Shown one piece after another: positions 1 through 11,280 of a stretch of 64,000 nt of DNA (the stretch's first letter is position 1; each line of letters starts with the position of its first letter). Below the pieces are notes generated by a model. That model was not told where the DNA came from. It ran no database searches and saw only the letters and a program-made list of their open reading frames with translations. The position numbers and the translations under genes are program-made. The stretch is from the IMG/VR virus record IMGVR_UViG_3300042569_002054. One strand, given 5' to 3'. This DNA comes from a virus.

Positions 1-3000
1 CACATTTTGGGATTTCTATGGTTAGTTGTCGGACCAATTTTGGCGACAATTGTTTCATTAATTCAAACTCTTGTTTATGGAATATGTGTTTCGTTAAATT
101 GGATTAGAAGAAGATTTGGTAGACCTGAAAGAACATGTAATACACCAATAGATGTTAGTGCATTTTTTACAGGTAATCCTTTTAAAAATCTTGGTTTACC
201 TTTATTATTGTATACTGAAGATGGTTGTGAAAGATGTAATTGTAGGTTAGATGACCAAAGAATTAATTTTGATTCTATTGGACAACCTAATTTATATACG
301 TTACTTAATTCAAGTATTTTAATTGACTCAACCGATTTTACACTCTATCGTAGTGATAATGTTGAATCTGAGTATATATCTGGTTTATATGCTGGTGACG
401 TAAATCCAAGTCAATATTTTGAGTATAATAGATTTCCGTGGGTTATTGCTGAAATTGAAGTTGAAGTTGAGGTTAACAATAACGGAGATACTGATATTAG
501 AACATTAACTAACTCTCATTTCTCAACGTCGCTACCTTATTCTGAATATTTAAATTCTTGGAACAATAAAGGTAGATATTTTGATGGTACTGATATTGAA
601 ACTGATTTTGGTCTTCCAACTGACTTTTACGGTTCAACAAGAATGATAGTTTCAATTGAACCTGATTTTAACAATCCTCAAACAAAATATCATATGGATA
701 ATTTTACGGTATTGTTTATTGACCCGTCGGCTAGTCCGTTAGAAGCTGGTAAGATAGTATCATTTCAGGATAGAGATATGTCAATTGACCCGAATTATTT
801 TTCTGAACAAAGACAAGTATATGCTACAGGTACAACAATTAATTTATCACATATTAATGTACAATGGACAAACCCTACAACGGGGCCTAACCAAGCTAGT
901 CAAATGATGACAACGTATAATATACCAGGATTTGATAGTTTACCTAAGACAACAGGTTTTCCATCTGACATTGAATATTTCCAAGTAATTACGGGATGGA
1001 CAGTTGGTCAATATAAAGAAATTATAGGTAACCCTTTTGGTGGTAAATTTGGACTCTTATATAATTACAGTATGACTCATTATGAATATAGTACAGGTAA
1101 TAATATTGCGGGGTATAATGGAAGAATTAGGAGATTTGAGAATCCACAAAACATTATTGGAATATCTAATTTAATATCAAATATTGATGATTATCAAATT
1201 GTTGTTTTAATGAGAGGTGTTGATGTTCACTCACCTAGAGTAAAACAAAGAATTTATACTGACCCATTTTTTAATGCCTTTGGTTATGGTTATGGGTATG
1301 TTAATAACAATGGGTCTTTACCTCCATTAAATCAAGTTTTAGACAATCCAAGTGGTTATATTGAAGGTTATTACAAGTTAAATATACCCTTACAACCAAA
1401 TGCGTATAATAATAAAACTTGTACAAGACATAATCAACTGGGTACTAATACTGACGCTGACCAATGGGGTAGTACTGTATTTTATGATAGTTACGCCTTT
1501 TTATATAATACTAATTTATTTTCAGCGTATATTACTAATATGTTAAATTACTATTCGTCTTTTGATATAACCACGTTTGGTCAAAATGGTAGTAATAGTC
1601 AAATACCACCTCAGTTTTCCGATGGTAGTTACAATCCATTATACTTGAATTTTGATAATGGTTATACTAGAAATAGTACGTTAAATTTTATGGGAGGTTA
1701 TTTTAGTGTACAACAACAAAATCCTGCGAGTGGGGCAGGAAACTGTAGTTTACCAAAACCGGTAACTCCCGTTTATACTTTAAATTATTGGAACTTTCCT
1801 GAGTTATATAGTGGGAATGGTTTAATTCCCTATCAAACATTAGAAGGACAGTCTTTGTATTATTTAAATATTGGTTATTCTTATTACAATTCAGATTGTG
1901 AATTTTGTAATGGAGGTCTCGGTGAACCATGTAGTTTACTAGTTAATAGTTACAGTAGTTTCCAAAGAGGCTTTATTTCACCTTCATACAATAGTACAAA
2001 TTCATATGCTAATTCTAACGCCAATGGATATACAATCTATTCAAGTATTAATATGAATAATAGTTCAAGAATTGTTGTAAGAACTGATAGGTTACCGACA
2101 TCAACATCTGAGTCAATTAATGGTGGTAATAGTTACTTGATGCACCAAAACCCAACATTTGCAATTTTCCAATACAACGACTCTGGTGAACAATCTGAAC
2201 TAACTAATGTAACACAACAAGCATTTTCAATTAATGATAGTACAAATCAATTTTTACCTTATGCTGAAGTCGCTGACTCTTTAGCTGATTGTGAAAAGGC
2301 GGTAATGTTAAAGTGTTATGAGTTAATTAATGGAGTGCCCACTATAAAACCTGATTGTGAGGAATTAATGAACCCAACATCGAGCAATAAAAAATTCTTT
2401 AATTATGGTACAGGATGTTATAATTTAGTTTCAAAATTAATTGCAACTATTCCTGATGACATAAGGTCGATTGTTGAATGGTCACAAAGAGTTAAAGTTA
2501 ATAATGCGGTATGTTTCAATGTGTTTTCCCATTCATTTTCAAATCAATGGATAAATGGTACTTTATACGCTTATCCATTCAACAATAAAAGAGTATTTAC
2601 TGGTTCTGATAATAGACCGTACAGTATCTTTTGTAAGGATACAATATACTTCCATGAAACAAGTAATAATTTTTATTACAGAAGTTCTCCTTGGTCAGTG
2701 ACTGAAGGATTTATTGGTAAAAATAATACAACTTTTGGTAACACTATTGACTTTGGAAATTATAAATTTTTACAGTCACCTACAACAATTTTAGATTTAG
2801 GGCCTAAAGCTTATTTCATTCAGGAGTTAGTAAATAATGATGACTATGATGGTTATATTGTTTCTAAAATTAAATCTACAAGTTACAATAATGTTTCTGA
2901 AATTTTGAATTTGTTTATATTAAGTCGTTTAGTTAATCCAAATTTTTTACAATTTTTAATACCATCGACACCGGGTGTGAATGAAGGTTCGGACGACCCA

Positions 3001-3750
3001 ACCGTAAGAGGTTTCTTTAAAAATAGAAGATGGGAAAATAACAATACTAGTACATTACCTGCATTAGTTGATGCTGATTATGCTCAGATGATATCAATTA
3101 ACTCTGAGTTTGGTATAATACCATTTAGTGTTTCTAATTACGCTCAAACAGTAGATTCAGTATACCAACCTGTAATTTTAGGTGACGAAAATAATTTCCC
3201 ATTTTTTGGATTGTTATTAACAGGTATTACCCAAGATAGAGATTATATATCACCAAGACGAACTATATGGAATCCACAGGCAACTATTGATACCCCACAA
3301 CAATATAATTTTACTGAAATTCCTGTTAAGTCACAAGAAGTACCATTTTATTTATGGAAACTTATAAAAATGAATAATGAAGAGACTGGACAACCTATGG
3401 ACTATGGGACAATTTTTGGTTCACAAAATAATAATTGGGTGACAAACTATCCTGATTCAACAGGGGAGTTTAATAATTCATTCTTCCAATACAAATATCA
3501 AAAATTAGATAGATTTAATAATGCTAGTCGATATTTTCAGGTGGATGGAAACTTGGCGGCTAATTATAGAGGGACTTTAATAAACTTTGACTCAAATAAT
3601 GTACCAACAGATACAATACCGACTCAAAACTTTAATCCTCAATTTTTAGTAGGTGCTCCAAACCACTTCTATTTTGGATTAAAAAGAGGTGGAAGTGCGT
3701 TAGATAGATTTTTAATAAAATACGTAAATACAGAAGAAGTAATTGAATGA
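1..3750 (+). CDS. Large virion structural protein (tail tip/baseplate hub-like), 5' partial
   Basis: Frame 1 is open from base 1, so the true start lies upstream. Asn/Tyr/Thr-rich 1247+ aa, first gene of a coupled structural operon; hydrophobic segment at the window start. Confidence 0.6.
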   Translation, partial: HILGFLWLVVGPILATIVSLIQTLVYGICVSLNWIRRRFGRPERTCNTPIDVSAFFTGNPFKNLGLPLLLYTEDGCERCNCRLDDQRINFDSIGQPNLYTLLNSSILIDSTDFTLYRSDNVESEYISGLYAGDVNPSQYFEYNRFPWVIAEIEVEVEVNNNGDTDIRTLTNSHFSTSLPYSEYLNSWNNKGRYFDGTDIETDFGLPTDFYGSTRMIVSIEPDFNNPQTKYHMDNFTVLFIDPSASPLEAGKIVSFQDRDMSIDPNYFSEQRQVYATGTTINLSHINVQWTNPTTGPNQASQMMTTYNIPGFDSLPKTTGFPSDIEYFQVITGWTVGQYKEIIGNPFGGKFGLLYNYSMTHYEYSTGNNIAGYNGRIRRFENPQNIIGISNLISNIDDYQIVVLMRGVDVHSPRVKQRIYTDPFFNAFGYGYGYVNNNGSLPPLNQVLDNPSGYIEGYYKLNIPLQPNAYNNKTCTRHNQLGTNTDADQWGSTVFYDSYAFLYNTNLFSAYITNMLNYYSSFDITTFGQNGSNSQIPPQFSDGSYNPLYLNFDNGYTRNSTLNFMGGYFSVQQQNPASGAGNCSLPKPVTPVYTLNYWNFPELYSGNGLIPYQTLEGQSLYYLNIGYSYYNSDCEFCNGGLGEPCSLLVNSYSSFQRGFISPSYNSTNSYANSNANGYTIYSSINMNNSSRIVVRTDRLPTSTSESINGGNSYLMHQNPTFAIFQYNDSGEQSELTNVTQQAFSINDSTNQFLPYAEVADSLADCEKAVMLKCYELINGVPTIKPDCEELMNPTSSNKKFFNYGTGCYNLVSKLIATIPDDIRSIVEWSQRVKVNNAVCFNVFSHSFSNQWINGTLYAYPFNNKRVFTGSDNRPYSIFCKDTIYFHETSNNFYYRSSPWSVTEGFIGKNNTTFGNTIDFGNYKFLQSPTTILDLGPKAYFIQELVNNDDYDGYIVSKIKSTSYNNVSEILNLFILSRLVNPNFLQFLIPSTPGVNEGSDDPTVRGFFKNRRWENNNTSTLPALVDADYAQMISINSEFGIIPFSVSNYAQTVDSVYQPVILGDENNFPFFGLLLTGITQDRDYISPRRTIWNPQATIDTPQQYNFTEIPVKSQEVPFYLWKLIKMNNEETGQPMDYGTIFGSQNNNWVTNYPDSTGEFNNSFFQYKYQKLDRFNNASRYFQVDGNLAANYRGTLINFDSNNVPTDTIPTQNFNPQFLVGAPNHFYFGLKRGGSALDRFLIKYVNTEEVIE

Positions 3751-5545
3751 TAATTTTCAAATATTAAAAGGTACCGCTAGGTATGCGAGTGCTCCCGACA
3801 TTGATAGTAAAATCAATGTTACTTTAGATAGTACTCTGAAGGAACTTACTGAGTATGACAGAAATTTAGGAATTGATTTAGCCTTCAGATTTGATACTGA
3901 AAGACAACAATCAACAATTTTTAATTTTACCTGTAAGTTTACTCTTCTTTTTGAAAACGCTTATTCAGGATTAACACAACCAATTACAAATCCGTATTCA
4001 CCAATCAATAGAAATTTATATTATGTAAGTCCTGAAACGTATAGAATTTTACAAAACAGTAATCCTGACCCTAGTTTTGAAATTGCTTGGGCTGGTTTAC
4101 CACAATATCATGAGTTTGAGTTTATAAGAACGGATTATAATGTTCCTGGATATACAACCATTCAAAATAACCAAACTCCACATGTACCATTTAATACTTT
4201 AGAGGCAACGTTTTACAATTGGTTTTTTTATCTAACATATCCTTTTGAAAGTGATTATACAAAACAATTACAAATTTTATTAGATGATGGTAATACTTTT
4301 GATTGGATTATTGGGAATGGAATTCCATTTGTAGTAAGTAATGAATTTATAAATGGTAAACCTGTAATTCAATTTACGTGTCCATTTAATCATAATTTAA
4401 GTGAAGGTGATAGTGTTGAATTAACAATTTCTTGTAACACTAATAATACCTTTGATGTTTATACTTTAGGTGATTCATATGCGAATAATCAAGATAGAAT
4501 ATTCACAATATATAATTTAGGTTATGCTGATTGTGGTAATTTTTATGATGGGGCAATTGGATTAATGAAACGAATTACAACTAAAGGTAATCCTGAATCA
4601 AAATCAAAATATTATGTAAGAAGACACAAAGTTATTACAAGTTATAATGATTCAGAATTAACAAAAACAGGTTTTGAAAATAATCCATTCGGTACAAACA
4701 CAAAATATGAGTCAAAAGCTTTAACTCCAAATTTGAGTCCAAGAATTTCAATAAAAGAAGGTTCACAAAGTTATAACTTATCATTTAAAAACGATGTTGA
4801 TATAAATAACCTTTTAGATAATTTAAATAGACCTGTTACTGAATTTTATACAACAGTAGTTAATAGAGGATATTTTGGATTTTTTAATAAACCAATTGTT
4901 AATGGGGTAGGGTTAAAACAGGGATGGGAGTTTAATCTTGGGCCAAATTTAAATACATGGTGGAACGATACAAACACGTTAGCGTTAACAAACGTTCAAA
5001 CTAATTTCTATGATAAAACATCACCTGGTGGTACAATTTTAAGATTTTATTATAATTTACCATATAATGTTGGAGATACTCTTGATGGGGATATTTGTGA
5101 ATGGAATGATATGACACAAACTGAAACTGTTTTGTCTGAATATTACCAAAAAATAAATTTTAATCAAAAAATATTTAGAACATCACCTATTGGTGAGTCA
5201 AATCCAAATACTGAAGGTTATTATTATAAACCACACTATAAATTCCAAATAAGGGTTTTTTCAGATTATGTTGAACAAAGTGACGAAAGTAATCCTCAAA
5301 ATTTTCCTTTAGTTAATTTACCTACTTACGCTTTCTTTTCAAGTTACAATAATGATTTCAGATGGAGAGATATATATCCTTATGGTTTCATTGATGATAT
5401 TGGACGAGGTGTTGATAGGCCTTTTTTAAATAACAAACATTACGTACATGAAAACTTCATTTTTAGATTAATACCTGAAGGAAGTAATGTAACTAATATA
5501 AACACTACACAAGTTAACGACCCAATTACAGATGGTTGTGAATAA
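3743..5545 (+). CDS. Putative virion structural (tail/baseplate) protein
   Basis: 600 aa ORF overlapping both neighbours; beta-rich composition; no catalytic motif recognised. Confidence 0.55.
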   Translation: MNDNFQILKGTARYASAPDIDSKINVTLDSTLKELTEYDRNLGIDLAFRFDTERQQSTIFNFTCKFTLLFENAYSGLTQPITNPYSPINRNLYYVSPETYRILQNSNPDPSFEIAWAGLPQYHEFEFIRTDYNVPGYTTIQNNQTPHVPFNTLEATFYNWFFYLTYPFESDYTKQLQILLDDGNTFDWIIGNGIPFVVSNEFINGKPVIQFTCPFNHNLSEGDSVELTISCNTNNTFDVYTLGDSYANNQDRIFTIYNLGYADCGNFYDGAIGLMKRITTKGNPESKSKYYVRRHKVITSYNDSELTKTGFENNPFGTNTKYESKALTPNLSPRISIKEGSQSYNLSFKNDVDINNLLDNLNRPVTEFYTTVVNRGYFGFFNKPIVNGVGLKQGWEFNLGPNLNTWWNDTNTLALTNVQTNFYDKTSPGGTILRFYYNLPYNVGDTLDGDICEWNDMTQTETVLSEYYQKINFNQKIFRTSPIGESNPNTEGYYYKPHYKFQIRVFSDYVEQSDESNPQNFPLVNLPTYAFFSSYNNDFRWRDIYPYGFIDDIGRGVDRPFLNNKHYVHENFIFRLIPEGSNVTNINTTQVNDPITDGCE

Positions 5546-6287
5546 TTTTAAAATATTAAAAACAAATATTGATAAGGGGATTAACATCCCAATCAATATA
5601 AATTGGGACTTTTTGGATAGGGAAGACGCTCTTAATTTGTATGAGGAACAAATTATTACTGAAATAATTGGTGAACCTGAAAATTATGAAACTGCAAGAT
5701 TTTCATATCCATATCCTTTTAGGTATGTTTTTAATTTTAAAAACAGTGGTGATACCGATTGGGTAAATAGTTATGTTGAATCGGGTAGATTTACACAACC
5801 TCAAGTTTTAAATAAGACAACTGCGTTTATGAAATCATTCTTCAAGATTGATTTTTACGATAGTCAAAATACTTTAAGAAGACGAAATTTTCTAACTGTT
5901 ATTTTAAATAAAAAAAATGATACAACAGATGTTGATTTGGGAAATAATCAAGGAACGGGTAAACTATCAATACCTCGATATAGTTTGAACCCATTAACTA
6001 ATCCTGAAGGTTTTTATCTTTATTGGTTTGAAAATCCTGAAATATTAAATTTAACAAAATTGTATATGACTGTTAAATTTTTTGATGGTTCTGATGGGAC
6101 ATTTACAACGTTTACCACAAAAAAACAAACCGATTCATCGACACCTTATCGATTGACTACTGATTATTTTATGAGAGAAGTTAATTTTAATTTTACTCAA
6201 CAGACATATACAATAAATAATCTTAATTCACAAATTCCACTTTCAACAAATAATTGGTACGAGTATAAAAATCCACCTACAGTATAA
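5532..6287 (+). CDS. Hypothetical structural protein
   Basis: 251 aa ORF within the coupled operon. Confidence 0.55.
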   Translation: MVVNNFKILKTNIDKGINIPININWDFLDREDALNLYEEQIITEIIGEPENYETARFSYPYPFRYVFNFKNSGDTDWVNSYVESGRFTQPQVLNKTTAFMKSFFKIDFYDSQNTLRRRNFLTVILNKKNDTTDVDLGNNQGTGKLSIPRYSLNPLTNPEGFYLYWFENPEILNLTKLYMTVKFFDGSDGTFTTFTTKKQTDSSTPYRLTTDYFMREVNFNFTQQTYTINNLNSQIPLSTNNWYEYKNPPTV

Positions 6288-6289
6288 AA

Positions 6290-7375
6290 ATGGAAATAAT
6301 TAAAATTAAAATATCTCCTGAATTTTTAGAATCAGATATTGTACAAGTAACATCTAGCGGGTATACTTTTGGGGTATATACTGGATTGACAAGTATATTA
6401 CAAGGTAATACTGGTGGAACGTCATTACTTACAGGACTTACATTTCCTATTTTATTAAAACAAAAGTATCAAGATATTGGTTATTATGATGGATTTGATG
6501 GGAATATTACACAACAAGTTATTTCTGCTAACTTTTCATTTACCTCGTCAACAGAAAGTCCGTATACCGTTAGTTTATTTAATAATTCAAGTGAGGGTGC
6601 AGTTTATTTAATTGATTCGACATATACGATTGATTGGGGTGATGGAAGTTCACAAGTTATAAACTCTTTTTATCCTGACTTTATAAATCACACTTATGGA
6701 AATCCTTTACCTAACCCAACAAGTTATACCATTACATTAAGACAAGAAAACATGTGGGGTACTGTTACAACAACTAAAACAGTTAATGTACCTTACTCAC
6801 CTGTGGATAATTCAAACCCATACGGAACTGTGACTTTTGCAAATACAAGTGGAAGTTGGAGTGCTAGTCCTCAGACATATAATTTTATTTATACTGCAGA
6901 TTCATATAATGAAATTGCGTATCAAATAGGTTCTTATTATGGACAGGTACCTTATTTTATTACAGGGGTAACAACGTCAAGATTAGAGGATTTATCATTG
7001 TATGGGCCAACACAATACCAAGTGGGTCAGACGGTTAATTTACCTGGAGGTGGGTATGGTGTTGTTAATTATTTAACATCACAACAAACAGGATATACTA
7101 TAAACAATACAGACTATATTGACTTTTCGGGTGGGACATCAATTTTTGTCGTGGCTTCTTCAGGATTAACTTCAGATATGTTAGTTCAAAGTGCTATTAC
7201 AAAGAATGAAGTTCTTATGAATGTAATAGACCAACCTCAATTATTTTCAAGTGTTTTTGTTGAACGAGGTAAGAATTCCGCATTGGAAAACTTCAGAAGA
7301 ATTGGTGAAGTTTCAACAATGTCAGATTTGGTAAATTACGGATATAATTTTTTCAACATACAAAACAGTCAATAA
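6290..7375 (+). CDS. Structural protein with PKD-like Ig domain
   Basis: YTIDWGDGSSQ...HTY matches the PKD signature (WDFGDG-like ... HTY). Confidence 0.55.
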   Translation: MEIIKIKISPEFLESDIVQVTSSGYTFGVYTGLTSILQGNTGGTSLLTGLTFPILLKQKYQDIGYYDGFDGNITQQVISANFSFTSSTESPYTVSLFNNSSEGAVYLIDSTYTIDWGDGSSQVINSFYPDFINHTYGNPLPNPTSYTITLRQENMWGTVTTTKTVNVPYSPVDNSNPYGTVTFANTSGSWSASPQTYNFIYTADSYNEIAYQIGSYYGQVPYFITGVTTSRLEDLSLYGPTQYQVGQTVNLPGGGYGVVNYLTSQQTGYTINNTDYIDFSGGTSIFVVASSGLTSDMLVQSAITKNEVLMNVIDQPQLFSSVFVERGKNSALENFRRIGEVSTMSDLVNYGYNFFNIQNSQ

Positions 7376-7388
7376 AACTAAAAATTAA

Positions 7389-7396
7389 TATTTATA
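7389..7396 (+). promoter_or_regulatory. TATTTATA candidate late-promoter motif
   Basis: In the short gap before ATG 7412; recurs before other structural genes. Confidence 0.5.
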
Positions 7397-7411
7397 CTAA
7401 TAAGGTAAAAA

Positions 7412-8317
7412 ATGGCAACAGGTAATTATGGAACAGTAAGATTGGCGGATGTGAGTCCAGCTGATGTGGAAATAATAATGAATTATACACCATCAAGAGA
7501 TTTCACTAATAATTTCATCTTGAAAAAATTAGATGCTCTTGAGTTGTTACAACCTTATTTTAGTAATCCTGCTATTGGTGGGCAAACAAATGAAATTTTA
7601 GGTGGGATGTATAATTTAAAATTACCATCTTCAGAATTTAATAATCTTGGAATTTATAACCTATTAATTAGGCCAATTCAAATTAGAACTGAAATTCTTG
7701 ATTGTGGTGTATTACAAGCACTACCAAATGTTAAGGGTATCATTATTGATTTGACAAATGTACCCCAAGAATTTTTAAACAGATTTGTTCCACAAGGACT
7801 AGTGGGTTATCGAATAGAATATTTGAATAGTGATGGTACAAAAAATACTAATTTTTTTAGAATAATTACTTCTTCATTTTATTGTGAGGCGGTAGTTGCA
7901 AATACTAATAATACATCCGATAAAGCACAAAGATGGGTTTATAGTGATGGTGAAACTAATCTTTTATTTTGTACGGTTTCACCAAGTTCATCACCCTCAA
8001 ACAAACCAAATGCAACACCTTATATTGGTGCTGCGGGACAAAATATTATTTTAACAAATACCTTTTTTGACCCAATAATGATTGAAGTTGAAATTGTTGA
8101 AAATGATATATCAACGTTAGCAATCGCACTTTACGGGAATCAAACTAAATCTATTGAAGATGGTATATATACCATTTATGATACTAATAACAACATTTAC
8201 AAACAATACAACTTATATGAAATTAGAAGTCAATTTAATGAGTTGTTATATGAGGTTAGACAAAATAGAGGAAGTAATCTTGATACAACTAAAATCTTTG
8301 ATAATATCATAGCTTAA
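7412..8317 (+). CDS. Putative baseplate/tail structural protein
   Basis: 301 aa ORF preceded by TATTTATA; TAATG-coupled to the next gene. Confidence 0.55.
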   Translation: MATGNYGTVRLADVSPADVEIIMNYTPSRDFTNNFILKKLDALELLQPYFSNPAIGGQTNEILGGMYNLKLPSSEFNNLGIYNLLIRPIQIRTEILDCGVLQALPNVKGIIIDLTNVPQEFLNRFVPQGLVGYRIEYLNSDGTKNTNFFRIITSSFYCEAVVANTNNTSDKAQRWVYSDGETNLLFCTVSPSSSPSNKPNATPYIGAAGQNIILTNTFFDPIMIEVEIVENDISTLAIALYGNQTKSIEDGIYTIYDTNNNIYKQYNLYEIRSQFNELLYEVRQNRGSNLDTTKIFDNIIA

Positions 8318-11280
8318 TGGCAACTTATAAATGTCCACCACAAAATAGAAATTTTTCCGATAATTTTGTTGGTTTACAACTGACTGATGGTGGAGGACTT
8401 ACGCTTGGTGGTTTTGAATTCTCAACTAGTATTACCGAAAAGGTTAATAGAAATTTTGAAACTGGTACATTTTCATCATTATTTAATAATGATGATTTAA
8501 ATTTAACACCCGAATTAGCTGCGTCTGTTTATAACAATAATTTCAGATTGTACCCAAATTTTGATGAAACTGATGTTACAAATTTTGTATCCTATGGTTC
8601 ATTAAGTAAACGATTAGAAGTTGCAATTAATAATGTCTTAAATTATTTTCCAGCGGCGTTAGAAATAAGAAATTTTACATCAGGGTCAACAACTGCAAAT
8701 ACTGCGGTTAATATTAGTTATAATGGTAATTTAGATGAAACAGTATTAACAATTCCTTGGCAAACAATAAGTAATCCTTTCAATATTGATTATAGAATTA
8801 ATGCAACTGTTTATATCAGTAGTTTAGGATTTCCTGTTTCAAAATACAGAAACTTAACAAATCAATTTAGAAGTTATTCATTATTTCTTAGCGGACAAAG
8901 TTATGAACTAAATTATATTAATACAACCTCTGATTTTTCAACCGATTTAACAATATATGTTAAAGGTAATCCATTTAGTGGGTTAACAACATATTCTCAA
9001 AATTTTGTTGTTAGACCAAATGATACAATAGTTAATGAAGTTTTCAATCTTGAGTTAGGAGAAATTGAAGAAGCGTTATTAAATAGATACTCTAACCCAA
9101 TATATACGTACCAATATCAAACACCATCTGAATCGGATGATGGTTACATTTCAAATGTTGTACGTTCAATTACTTGGCCATTAGGTGGTGTATGGAATAT
9201 AGATATTAGTTCTTTTGGATATGAAAATTATATATCTGAATTACAGATATTAGGTACAAGTTATGATGAAAATAAAACAAATTTAGTATCTAGATTTTAT
9301 ACGACAAATGCGTTAAAGGAATTTGATACTGTAGATGAAAAGGTTGATAAGACTTTAAAAATTTATGGTAGAAGTTTTGATGAAACAAAAAAATATATTG
9401 ATGGAATACAGTATGTTAATTCTGTAAATTACAATATTGGAAATGATATACCTTCAGGTTTAGTTACTAATTTGGCTCAAACACTTGGTTGGTCAATCAG
9501 GATGTCCCCAATTGCAAATGCTGACTTTTTAGAGTCGGTTTATGGTACTACGGATAATGCGTTTCCTGCTTATTCGACAAGTCAAACAAAACAAGATTTA
9601 AATAATCAATATTTTAGAAATTTAATTCTTAATTCATCTTATTTGTACAGGTCAAAAGGAACAAGAAAGTCGATTGAATTTTTATTGGGTTTTATTGGGG
9701 CACCTGAAGCTCTTGTTGAGTTTAATGAGAATGTTTATTTGGCGGACACAAATATTAATATAGAAAAATTTAATTTATTATATTCACAAATTTCAGGTGG
9801 AACATATACCCCACAGTTTACGGTTTTAAATAGTGGTAATACCTATAATTTTCAGGGTGTAACATATACTGCATTTACACAATCAGGTGTTACAATTCCG
9901 ACAAATACAACATTAACCGATTATCCTGTTGACAGTGAGGGTTATCCTGTAAATCCTGTGTTTACTCAAGGGACAACAAGTAGACCAAGTTTTTATTTTC
10001 AAAAAGGAGGTGGATGGATTGAGTCTACAGTACAACATAGAACACCTGAAGAAGTTAATTATAGTACTAGTATCTACACTGGACAAAATGTTAATATCCA
10101 AACTAATTTAGAACCATTCACATATGGTCAAAAATTCTTAGATAGATTTAGAAATTTCCCATTCATGGATATGGGTTTTAATCTTAAAAAAGTTCAGGAT
10201 AATAAAAAGAGTTGGACTAATGAAGATATCGGGTTGAGAAAAAACATTGATAATTTATTTAATGCTTATTACCCAATCTCAACAGATAGATTATTACTTA
10301 ATGTTAAGAATGTTGAAATATTCTTAAATCCTGCTCAAGCTCTTGCATATGATGTTTGGTATGTTTCGGCAACCAAAAATTACCCAATACCTTACACAGG
10401 ATTATCTTCACCGTATCCACAGATAGGTGGTATTGATTGGACTTTTATTAATCCACAACCACAAAATAAAACTTTTTATGAGTTTTATAAAACTTTTTGG
10501 TTGAACATGATAAATGTTAGAAATCGACAATTTTCATCCGATGGAAAAACAAGTGGTTACCCAACATTACAGTCACTATTTTGGAAATACCTTACGATGT
10601 ACCAAGATACAGGATTAACTAATTACAATTTTGGTTATCAAAATATGATTGAGTATATTAATGGACTAGGTGATTTTTGGATTAAATTAATTGAACAATT
10701 TGTTCCGGCAACAACTATTTGGAATACAGGAACAAAATTTGAAAATTCAATATTCCATAGACAAAAGTTTATTTATAGAAGACAAAGAGGTTGTCAGTTG
10801 GTACTACAAGAAGTTGTTGGGCCGGTTACAACTGGTACTCTCCAAACTAATGGTTGTGACTCATTTACTTTTGATATTGATGTACCATCAATTCAAAATA
10901 TTGGAGATGGTTTACATGATGATGCACAAGTATTGGCGACTGAACAAGGGTTTACTGATGGTTATACAATTGTCAATGCAAGTTATGGATTTGGTTTTAC
11001 ATTAACACACATTAATACTGGTGAAGAATTTATATTTGAGTATAATAATGGGCCAACCTATTATTACCCAAATTTATACCCAACTCAAACACAATGGATA
11101 AATACTATAAATCAAGGATTAGTTTACTTTTCAAATAGTGGAATTAATAATCAAGCAGGTGTACAAATAGTTTATAACAGTAATACAAATCAATTACAAT
11201 TAATATCGACAATATGTGGATTTGATGATGTTGTTATAAGTGATATAGTCGTAATAAATGATATACAGATACAAGGATAA
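8317..11280 (+). CDS. Putative baseplate wedge protein (T4 gp7 / P2 gpI-like motif)
   Basis: LYRSKGTRKSIEFLLGFIG resembles the KGT motif of baseplate wedge/tail I proteins; 987 aa. Confidence 0.55.
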   Translation: MATYKCPPQNRNFSDNFVGLQLTDGGGLTLGGFEFSTSITEKVNRNFETGTFSSLFNNDDLNLTPELAASVYNNNFRLYPNFDETDVTNFVSYGSLSKRLEVAINNVLNYFPAALEIRNFTSGSTTANTAVNISYNGNLDETVLTIPWQTISNPFNIDYRINATVYISSLGFPVSKYRNLTNQFRSYSLFLSGQSYELNYINTTSDFSTDLTIYVKGNPFSGLTTYSQNFVVRPNDTIVNEVFNLELGEIEEALLNRYSNPIYTYQYQTPSESDDGYISNVVRSITWPLGGVWNIDISSFGYENYISELQILGTSYDENKTNLVSRFYTTNALKEFDTVDEKVDKTLKIYGRSFDETKKYIDGIQYVNSVNYNIGNDIPSGLVTNLAQTLGWSIRMSPIANADFLESVYGTTDNAFPAYSTSQTKQDLNNQYFRNLILNSSYLYRSKGTRKSIEFLLGFIGAPEALVEFNENVYLADTNINIEKFNLLYSQISGGTYTPQFTVLNSGNTYNFQGVTYTAFTQSGVTIPTNTTLTDYPVDSEGYPVNPVFTQGTTSRPSFYFQKGGGWIESTVQHRTPEEVNYSTSIYTGQNVNIQTNLEPFTYGQKFLDRFRNFPFMDMGFNLKKVQDNKKSWTNEDIGLRKNIDNLFNAYYPISTDRLLLNVKNVEIFLNPAQALAYDVWYVSATKNYPIPYTGLSSPYPQIGGIDWTFINPQPQNKTFYEFYKTFWLNMINVRNRQFSSDGKTSGYPTLQSLFWKYLTMYQDTGLTNYNFGYQNMIEYINGLGDFWIKLIEQFVPATTIWNTGTKFENSIFHRQKFIYRRQRGCQLVLQEVVGPVTTGTLQTNGCDSFTFDIDVPSIQNIGDGLHDDAQVLATEQGFTDGYTIVNASYGFGFTLTHINTGEEFIFEYNNGPTYYYPNLYPTQTQWINTINQGLVYFSNSGINNQAGVQIVYNSNTNQLQLISTICGFDDVVISDIVVINDIQIQG

